NCBI GenBank assembly: GCA_049602055.1
Contig: JBMYRG010000018.1
Location: forward strand, 2,089-66,088
DNA: 64,000 nt
Direction of reading: 5' to 3'
Origin: Alphaproteobacteria bacterium
Lineage (GTDB): Bacteria > Pseudomonadota > Alphaproteobacteria > MPNO01 > UBA2964
The notes beneath the pieces were generated by a model, which ran no database searches, was not told where the DNA came from, and was given only the letters and a program-made list of their open reading frames with translations. Position numbers and translations under genes: made by a program. Shown in pieces: positions 57,299-64,000 of the stretch (position 1 is its first letter; the number at the start of each line of letters is the position of its first letter).

Positions 57299-58417
57299 AT
57301 GGTCAAAAAAACAGCACCGGAAGGTGTCAGTCGTAGAAAGGTCGTCAAAGGTGCTGGTGTCGGCATAGCATCTATCCTTGCGAGTGGGATTGCACCCATG
57401 GCTTTCGCGAAAACCATGCGTGAAATTACCTTTACTCAGTCTTGGATTCCAAACGGCGGTAGTGCTTGGATATATGTTGCCGCAGCCAAAGGATATTTTA
57501 AGAAATTGGGGCTCGATATGAAAATCAGCCGCGGTTTTGGCTCGGTAGCCTCCGCACAGGCGATTGGTCAAGGTAAATTCAACTTTGGTATTTCGGCCGC
57601 GCCGACTGCAACCTTGCAAACTGTGAAAGGTATGGAATTAGCATATCTGGCTTGCTGTAGTTACAGCTCGGCCATGGGAGTCGTTTACCTTAAGTCATCT
57701 GGAATAAAATCTCCAAAGGACCTGGAGGGAAAAAAATGTGGTTCGGTCGTTAAATCCGGCGAATATCCATTTTTGCCCATTTTCGCCAAGAATGCCGGGT
57801 TTGACTGGTCTAAAGTTGATGTCGTTCAGGTCGATAACAAGATCCGCACCGGAGTTATGCTTCAAAAGAAAGTCGACTTTATCTCCTGTTTCGCATCGTC
57901 CGTTGTCCCTGATGTAAACACAAAAGGGTTCGATGTTGGCACGTTCTTGTATGATAACTATGATTTGCCTTTTTACGGATACATGTTGATTACACAACCT
58001 TCGATGTATGCGAAGGAGAAAGCAATGTGTGCCGACATTACTGCAGCAATCATGGAGGGCGTCAAATATCAGATGCTGAACCATGAAGAAGCTGCAGAAA
58101 TTTTCTTCAAAGCGGTACCGGAAGCTGGCATCACCGCAAGCAAACGTAAACAATTCGGTCTTGAGACTGACCTGTACACGTTCATTCAGGACAAACCGGA
58201 AGTTACAAAATCCGGACTCGGTAGCGTTGATATGGCCAAATACCAAAAAATGGTTGATCTCGTTGTGCAGAACCTTGGTAAGCCGGGGGATAAAACTCCC
58301 GATTTGAGCAAGATCCTCCACTTCGATGAGATGGTTAACAACAAAGTGACGTTCAGCGCCGCAGAGCTGGCGAAAGTCAAAGAGCTCGGTGCCCCGGGTG
58401 CTAAGGCTCTCGGTTAA
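57299..58417 (+). CDS. ABC transporter substrate-binding protein, NMT1/THI5-like (NitT/TauT family), Tat-exported
   Basis: Twin-arginine signal SRRKVVKGAGVGIA and the NMT1/SsuA-like fold. RBS AAGGAA. Confidence 0.75.
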   Translation: MVKKTAPEGVSRRKVVKGAGVGIASILASGIAPMAFAKTMREITFTQSWIPNGGSAWIYVAAAKGYFKKLGLDMKISRGFGSVASAQAIGQGKFNFGISAAPTATLQTVKGMELAYLACCSYSSAMGVVYLKSSGIKSPKDLEGKKCGSVVKSGEYPFLPIFAKNAGFDWSKVDVVQVDNKIRTGVMLQKKVDFISCFASSVVPDVNTKGFDVGTFLYDNYDLPFYGYMLITQPSMYAKEKAMCADITAAIMEGVKYQMLNHEEAAEIFFKAVPEAGITASKRKQFGLETDLYTFIQDKPEVTKSGLGSVDMAKYQKMVDLVVQNLGKPGDKTPDLSKILHFDEMVNNKVTFSAAELAKVKELGAPGAKALG

Positions 58418-58478
58418 GATTATGGTGCCGTCCGCATTTCGTACCGTTAGAATCGCAATATCTGTTGTGGGACATTGA

Positions 58479-59279
58479 ATGTCTGAATCTACATTAGAGA
58501 CTGATAAAATATTGCGGTCGGACGCGTACGTCCTCGCGGACGGTGTCCAGAAAATCTTCAACCCTGGCCCTAAACAGACCGTTGCTCTGGAACATATTGA
58601 TTGTCGGGTTCGAGAAGGCGAATTTGTTTCTTTGTTGGGGCCAAGCGGCTGCGGCAAGAGCACGCTTCTAATGATGATGGCCGGGTTGGAAAATCCGACA
58701 CAAGGTGGGGTTTTTGTTGGCGGTCAACCAATGGAGAAACCAAGAGAAGAAATTGGCTTGATGTTCCAGGATCCAACGCTCTTGCCCTGGAAGACTGCTC
58801 TCGAGAATGTCCTTTTTCCGATCAAAATTTTGCGTCGTGATCGCGAGAAATTTAAAACTGCGGCTGAAGAACTTTTAAAACGGGTTGGCCTCGAACAATT
58901 CTTAGACAAAAAGCCTGCGCAATTATCTGGTGGTATGCGCCAGCGCGTAGCCATCTGCAGAGCCCTAGTCTATGACCCAGACGTTCTGTTGATGGACGAA
59001 CCCTTCAGTGCATTGGATGCTATTACCCGAGATGAAATGAATCAGGTCTTGATGGACCTCTGGCAGGACTTCAAGAAAACAGGTTTGTTTGTAACTCACA
59101 GTATCCGCGAGGCAGTGTTCCTGTCGGATCGGGTCCTTGTGATGAGCGCGCGGCCTGGAAGAATTATTGAAGATCTGACGGTTCCTTTTGAACGACCACG
59201 CGACTTTTCGATCGTCGACTCCGCAGAATTCAATGAGATTTGCGGGTATCTTCGTGGAAAAATAGATTCTCAGCATTAG
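58479..59279 (+). CDS. ABC transporter ATP-binding protein (NitT/TauT family)
   Basis: Walker A GPSGCGKST, signature LSGGMRQR, Walker B LLMDEPFSALD. Confidence 0.9.
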   Translation: MSESTLETDKILRSDAYVLADGVQKIFNPGPKQTVALEHIDCRVREGEFVSLLGPSGCGKSTLLMMMAGLENPTQGGVFVGGQPMEKPREEIGLMFQDPTLLPWKTALENVLFPIKILRRDREKFKTAAEELLKRVGLEQFLDKKPAQLSGGMRQRVAICRALVYDPDVLLMDEPFSALDAITRDEMNQVLMDLWQDFKKTGLFVTHSIREAVFLSDRVLVMSARPGRIIEDLTVPFERPRDFSIVDSAEFNEICGYLRGKIDSQH

Positions 59280-59293
59280 AGTATTGGGCTGCC

Positions 59294-60085
59294 ATGGCGA
59301 CGAACGTTCTATCTGCACCCAAATCTTCGTATTTGTTGGGATTGCGAGACTCTTCTCTGCCGGTGCTGTTGTTTTTCACAGTTATCGGCGTTTGGGAATT
59401 TTTTACCTGGTATACAGATTACCCAAAATCTATTTTGCCTCGGCCAAGCGCTGTTGTTCTTGCAATATATGAAAATTGGGGTCTGCTTACCGGCAATATA
59501 ATGCCTACCGCTTCTGTTGCATTTGGCGGTTTTATATTGGCTACGATTTTTGGCCTTAGTTTAGCCTTATTAATGACCTGGTCCGTATGGGCAAAGGATG
59601 CGCTATATCCAAATATTGTTGGCTTTCAGATTGTACCGAAAATCGCGTGGGCACCGTTGTTTGTGCTTTGGCTGGGAATAGATTTCGAATCTCGGCTTGG
59701 GTTCGCAGTTTTCATCAGCATTTTCCCAATTATAATCAGTATGACGGCTGGTTTAAGAAACACTGATCCGTCACTACTTCGTCTGTGTGACTCACTTACG
59801 GCAACCAATTTACAAACCCTGTTTTTTGTCCGTTTTCCCTACGCTCTTCCCTATCTAATCAGCGCTATGAAGATGAGCATTACTTTGGCGATGATCGGCG
59901 TAATCGTGGGGGAATTTATCACCTCAAGGGAAGGACTCGGGTTTCTGATACTCGTGGCGTATGGAAAGTTGCAAACGGATCTGATGATCGCCGCCGTTCT
60001 ATTCCTCTGTTTTGTCGGACTGTTTTTTTATTCTCTGATCGCATTTGCCAGTTACCGGTTAGAGATTTGGTTTGGGAATAAATAA
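59294..60085 (+). CDS. ABC transporter permease (NitT/TauT family)
   Basis: 6-TM BPD_transp_1-type protein. Start at MATNV, after the ATPase stop. Confidence 0.8.
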   Translation: MATNVLSAPKSSYLLGLRDSSLPVLLFFTVIGVWEFFTWYTDYPKSILPRPSAVVLAIYENWGLLTGNIMPTASVAFGGFILATIFGLSLALLMTWSVWAKDALYPNIVGFQIVPKIAWAPLFVLWLGIDFESRLGFAVFISIFPIIISMTAGLRNTDPSLLRLCDSLTATNLQTLFFVRFPYALPYLISAMKMSITLAMIGVIVGEFITSREGLGFLILVAYGKLQTDLMIAAVLFLCFVGLFFYSLIAFASYRLEIWFGNK

Positions 60086-60119
60086 ATGTCGTTCGTGAAA
60101 ATCAGAAAAGACGATCACT

Positions 60120-60920
60120 ATGTTTAATGCATTCATGAACAAATTGCGTGAACATGGAATCGCAAATGCCCGACAAATAATCTTACCGGTTTTGTTCTTC
60201 GCGTTCGTCATATTTATGTGGCAGTACGCTGTAGACCAAAAATTCGTTCCAACAGTGGTACTGCCACCGCCAGGGGATGTCGTAGATATCTCCATGCAGA
60301 ATAGAGCGTTCATGTGGGGACATGCATTGAGTACGCTCTATGAATGTTTTTTGGCATTTATTTGCGCCTGCGCCATCGGGCTCTCAGTTTCCTGTTTGAT
60401 AACTCTTTCCTATTTTGCACGGCGAGCGATATATCCGAATCTCATCATTTTTCAGCTAATCCCCACAATCGCACTCGCACCATTATTCATTCTATGGTTT
60501 GGAATTGGTACGGAGGCCAGAGTCGCTTACGGAATATGTTTGGCTCTGTTCCCCATCGTCGTGTCGTCATCGACGGGTCTGCTTAACACTGGAGAAAACT
60601 ATCTTAAACTTTGCGGTTCGCTCACCGCAGGGCGACTTCAAACCTTTTTATCGGTGAGGCTGCCATTCGCTTTGCCTTTGATCTTTACCGGTCTTCGTAT
60701 TGGCCTGACATTAACGATTATTGGGGTCGTTGTAGGTGAATTCGTAACTGCACAGTCAGGAATAGGATATCTGATCAGTTTTGCGGCCTCCGGATTGGAA
60801 ACCGCGCTGGCTTTAGGGGCTATTGTATTTTTATTGGTCGTGGGACTGATTTTATTCGCAGGCCTGGTGTGCGTTGAATTCTTTTGTCTAAGAGTATTTT
60901 CTGGCGTATCGGCATCATAG
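60120..60920 (+). CDS. ABC transporter permease (NitT/TauT family), second copy
   Basis: Paralog of the preceding permease. Confidence 0.8.
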   Translation: MFNAFMNKLREHGIANARQIILPVLFFAFVIFMWQYAVDQKFVPTVVLPPPGDVVDISMQNRAFMWGHALSTLYECFLAFICACAIGLSVSCLITLSYFARRAIYPNLIIFQLIPTIALAPLFILWFGIGTEARVAYGICLALFPIVVSSSTGLLNTGENYLKLCGSLTAGRLQTFLSVRLPFALPLIFTGLRIGLTLTIIGVVVGEFVTAQSGIGYLISFAASGLETALALGAIVFLLVVGLILFAGLVCVEFFCLRVFSGVSAS

Positions 60921-61152
60921 GGATAGTCGAAAGCTCTGAAATGACTTTTCATAAACCGCAGAGTTTCGACGATCTGCATACATCTGAAGAGATGCTTTGG
61001 ATGGGGAAATCTATTGTTTTTAGATTTCACGCATTTGGTTCTGTTGTTTAGCTGTGTCCGCCTTCACGAGAGCAGTAGGAAATGCATCCGGATCAAATAC
61101 AACAAACAGTGTAAATGACTGGAGTAACAAAAATTTTTAAATCCGCTACGCT

Positions 61153-62700
61153 TTGCGGGATGGGAACAGGCTGGCGATGCCGATAGAAAAGTTCGGAAAC
61201 GGTGGTGTTGTCTGCCTAAGAGGCGGGAGGATCGTTACATTTGACGATAGCGATCGTATTGTCGAAAACGGCGAGCTCTGGATTTGCGACAAAAAAATAA
61301 TCTCGGTCGGTCCACGGGGAGAATACGAACCTCCGAAAGGACCGGTTGAATACGTTGATGTAACCGGACAGTTGATTATCCCGGGTATGATTAACGCGCA
61401 TACGCATTCCTATTCTTCGCTGCTAAAAGGCACTGTCGAAAAGGATCCGCTGGACATCTATATGCTGTCAGTCATCGCATCTGGCTCTGCGATGACCGCA
61501 AGGGAAATCTATATTGCCGCGCAGCTCGACGCGCTTTCTATGCTGCGGACAGGCACTACTGCGCTGATCGACCATTACTCCGAGCGACCTGCACTTTCTG
61601 CAGAGGGATTGGAAGCAGTCCGCGCTGCTTTTACTGAAATTGGAATCAGGGCAACAATTGCGACGATGTTCGCGGACAGACCCTATATTGAGACGATCCC
61701 GATTGAACGAGATACGCTACCGCCAGAGATAGTGGCTGAGTATAACGCACGTACCATTCCAGATGTTAAGGCCTACTTCGCCGTTATGGAAAGTACCCTT
61801 AAATCAATTTCAACGGACGAACGCGTGCGGATCATTCTTGGCGTCGACGGTCCACAGCGTTGTTCTGATCTCCTACTGGAAATGACTGGTGATTTTCAAA
61901 AGCGACATCATTGCGGGCTCCATACGCATATGTTGGAAACCAAGACCCAGGCCTCAATGCGACCCTCAGAAGGCCCCGGTTTTGTAAGAAGGTTGTTTGA
62001 TTTGGGGGGGCTGGATGAAAAATCTTCTTTGGTTCATTTCATATGGGCCGATGAGGATGATATCCAAGCAGCCAAAGAAGCAGGTGTTACAGTCATTCAT
62101 TGCCCGGCCTCCAATACAATGCTGGGGGCAGGGCTTAGCCCGATCCTGCGGCTAAGGGAAAACGGTATCCCGATAGCTTATGGCACCGATGGTTCTAACT
62201 GTGGCCCGCCCAGCCTATTTGAGACAATGCGCATGGGCGCCTATTTGATGCGATTAACGGAACCTGACTTCGAACTTTGGCCCGATGCACGCGTTATCCT
62301 AAAGGAAGCATATCGTGCAGGCGCTAAAGCTATAGGTAAACCGGATGAAATTGGTTTTCTTGCATCAGGCGCATGCGCCGACTTTACTGTTATGAGGCCA
62401 TTCAATCATTGGCATCTACCGATGGGAGACGTGTATCGCCACCTTCTTTATTACGAGAACGGTGAATCGGTCCAAGATGTTTGGGTGGAAGGACGGAGAA
62501 TTATTTCTGAAGGTCGTATCACAACAGTGGATGAGGAAGCTCTATTGGCCGAGGCGCAAGAAATCGTCGCGCGGCGTCGGAGAAGTATCCCTGCTAAAGC
62601 CCTTTCCGCCGTAGAAGCTCAGTACCCCTTTTTCCGCGCAATGATATTGCGGACACTCGATAGTGATATTGGGATAGAGCGGCGCATTTCATTAGATTGA
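61153..62700 (+). CDS. amidohydrolase family protein (Atz/Trz / SsnA / guanine-deaminase-like)
   Basis: PGMINAHTHS metal-binding HxH motif and …HCPASN… region; 515 aa. Alternative start at 61177. Confidence 0.75.
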   Translation: MRDGNRLAMPIEKFGNGGVVCLRGGRIVTFDDSDRIVENGELWICDKKIISVGPRGEYEPPKGPVEYVDVTGQLIIPGMINAHTHSYSSLLKGTVEKDPLDIYMLSVIASGSAMTAREIYIAAQLDALSMLRTGTTALIDHYSERPALSAEGLEAVRAAFTEIGIRATIATMFADRPYIETIPIERDTLPPEIVAEYNARTIPDVKAYFAVMESTLKSISTDERVRIILGVDGPQRCSDLLLEMTGDFQKRHHCGLHTHMLETKTQASMRPSEGPGFVRRLFDLGGLDEKSSLVHFIWADEDDIQAAKEAGVTVIHCPASNTMLGAGLSPILRLRENGIPIAYGTDGSNCGPPSLFETMRMGAYLMRLTEPDFELWPDARVILKEAYRAGAKAIGKPDEIGFLASGACADFTVMRPFNHWHLPMGDVYRHLLYYENGESVQDVWVEGRRIISEGRITTVDEEALLAEAQEIVARRRRSIPAKALSAVEAQYPFFRAMILRTLDSDIGIERRISLD

Positions 62701-62841
62701 ATGGTGTAATTTAAGATGTCGAATCCTCACGAAAATTGGTTGGGTGCCTTGTAAAAGTCCGTACCTCTATGGCTGTCGCCAAAAAGCTCCTGTCTAAATC
62801 AAATAAGGCCTTTGCGCCGCCGAAACTGGGAATAAGGAATA

Positions 62842-63636
62842 ATGGATCTCAAACTCAATGGAAAAGTAGCTATCATAACAGGACCTGCAAAAGGCATGGG
62901 TGCTGCTGTTACTCGTCAGTTTGCCAATGAAGGGTGCCAGCTAGTTCTAGCCGGCCGTGACACAAGTGCAATTGAAACTATCGCTGAAGAAGTCCGTACA
63001 AATGGAGCCGATGCTGTAATTGCTGAATGCGATATCACTGATTTTGCAGCTTGCGAAAAGGTTGTGGATGTAGCGAAACAAAGTTTTGGCGGTAGAGTTG
63101 ATATCCTGGTCAATATTGCGGGAGGGTCAGGCCCCATTGGAAAGAGTGGAGCGGAAACGACACCGGAGGAATTCGAGGAGATTCTGACGCTGAATGTTAA
63201 CGGTTGCTTCCATACAATTCGCGCTGTCGCTAATACGATGATTGACCAGAAATACGGTAAGATAGTTAATGTTGGCGGCACGTTTGGGATGCGTGGTCGG
63301 GCCGGAAGGCTCGCTTATTCCTCATCAAAATGGGGGTTGCGTGGTGTGACGAAGAGCTTTGCTCTGGAACTCGGTCCCGACAATATAAATGTAAACTATG
63401 TTGCACCGGGTATGGTCGATGGGCCACGCTTCCGTGACAAAGTATGCGCAAACATGTCTCAGAAGCTTGGAATTAGCCTAGAGGAAGCCGCTGCTAAACA
63501 CGCGGAAGATTATGCGCTTAGACGAATCACGCAGGATACCGATGTCGCAAACGCCTGTTTATTTTTATCCAGTGATGTTTCCCGCCAAATCACTGGTGCC
63601 GACCTTGCCGTAGACGGTGGCTGGGCTGCCCTTTAA
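62842..63636 (+). CDS. SDR family oxidoreductase
   Basis: [16 protein letters not shown] and YSSSK catalytic pair; 264 aa. RBS AAGGAA. Confidence 0.85.
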   Translation: MDLKLNGKVAIITGPAKGMGAAVTRQFANEGCQLVLAGRDTSAIETIAEEVRTNGADAVIAECDITDFAACEKVVDVAKQSFGGRVDILVNIAGGSGPIGKSGAETTPEEFEEILTLNVNGCFHTIRAVANTMIDQKYGKIVNVGGTFGMRGRAGRLAYSSSKWGLRGVTKSFALELGPDNINVNYVAPGMVDGPRFRDKVCANMSQKLGISLEEAAAKHAEDYALRRITQDTDVANACLFLSSDVSRQITGADLAVDGGWAAL

Positions 63637-63659
63637 CGCCTTTTGAAAAAGGAAAAGAG

Positions 63660-64000
63660 ATGAAAACAATTGCAGATCTAGTCATTTCAGGCGGAACACT
63701 TGTCTTTCCCGATTCAGAGGTAAACGCGAGCATTGCCGTAAAGGATGGAAAAATTATTGCCGTGGGTATGGCAGATGTGATGCCCAAGGCCGAAGAAACA
63801 CTAGATGCATCTGGCATGCATGTCTTGCCGGGGGCGATAGATGCGCATGTGCATTTTCGCGAACCCGGCTACACACACAAAGAAGATTGGGGTTCAGGTA
63901 CCGCCGCCGCCGCAATGGGAGGTGTCACCACCGTTTTTGAAATGCCCAACGTAAACCCGCCTACGGGAACCGCTGAAACCTTACGGCACAAACACAACTT
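63660..64000 (+). CDS. cyclic amidohydrolase (dihydropyrimidinase / hydantoinase / allantoinase-like), 3' end beyond window
   Basis: ATG at 63660 after AAAGGAAAAG. Translation: [18 protein letters not shown]…[43 protein letters not shown], the DxHxH…KED…GG.TT pattern of the cyclic-amidohydrolase superfamily. Open to the window end. Not in the supplied ORF list. Confidence 0.7.
   Translation, partial: MKTIADLVISGGTLVFPDSEVNASIAVKDGKIIAVGMADVMPKAEETLDASGMHVLPGAIDAHVHFREPGYTHKEDWGSGTAAAAMGGVTTVFEMPNVNPPTGTAETLRHKHN

Larger units (their letters stand above)
55511..64000. mobile_element. putative tRNA-integrated genomic island (distal end; extends beyond window)
   Basis: Bounded at 55482-55510 by the tRNA 3' repeat. 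GC visibly lower than at 1-55000. A truncated GH15 gene abuts the boundary. A 375-bp AT-rich intergenic region lies at 56924-57298. No integrase in the window; one would be expected near an intact tRNA beyond 64000. Confidence 0.4.

Noticed and set aside
57695-58663. 322-aa minus-strand ORF
   Set aside because: It lies wholly antisense to the ABC substrate-binding-protein and ATPase genes, whose Walker, signature and Tat-signal motifs are unambiguous. It matches no family and is low complexity.
1-64000. CRISPR arrays, IS elements or transposases, rRNA, intact tRNA genes, toxin-antitoxin or defence-system genes
   Set aside because: I scanned all intergenic regions over 60 bp and the ORF list. 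I found no repeat-spacer arrays, no transposase or integrase-like ORFs, and no complete tRNA cloverleaf.

Overview
A 64-kb chromosomal segment that looks alphaproteobacterial. DUF2336, DUF1134, cytochrome c2, TRAP/TAXI and Bug-family (TctC-type) transporters and the trehalose-operon remnant point that way, and a marine origin is a guess. GC is moderate to high up to about 55.5 kb and visibly lower from about 55.5 kb to the window end. Almost everything is transporters (three paralogous MFS, TctC, TAXI-TRAP, DctPQM-TRAP, a NitT/TauT-type ABC system) and catabolic or redox enzymes. The only signalling gene is one orphan PAS histidine kinase. No transcription factor, integrase, transposase, CRISPR array, rRNA or intact tRNA was found.

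The observations most worth a second look:
- a 732-aa protein that resembles a catabolic (aerobic-type) reductive dehalogenase, with an internal duplication and two C-terminal Fe-S motifs;
- a GMC oxidoreductase next to a UbiD-family decarboxylase, an arrangement recalling the HmfH/HmfF furan-acid pathway;
- a TAXI-TRAP operon whose last gene is translationally coupled to an exported FGE (formylglycine-generating enzyme)-like protein;
- a single-subunit Rieske oxygenase whose stop codon overlaps the start of a glutamine-synthetase-like ligase, beside a divergent dctQMP operon;
- a cluster of two TauD/TfdA dioxygenases, an ornithine-cyclodeaminase-family enzyme, an aldo/keto reductase, a cysteine-dioxygenase-like cupin and a racemase-superfamily protein, which I read as organosulfur catabolism;
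- several apparently decayed genes within about 8 kb: a PEP-CTERM gene with a frameshift at a C7 tract, a Pro-rich/TPR gene with a frameshift and an in-frame TAG, and a DUF4126 gene with one in-frame TAG;
- a 29-nt copy of a tRNA 3' end at 55482-55510 sitting exactly where GC content drops and a GH15 gene is truncated. I read this as the distal boundary of a tRNA-integrated island that runs past the window end. Its cargo is otsB, a NitT/TauT ABC importer, two amidohydrolases and a short-chain dehydrogenase/reductase (SDR).

All functional calls rest on motif and family recognition by eye. No database search was run.
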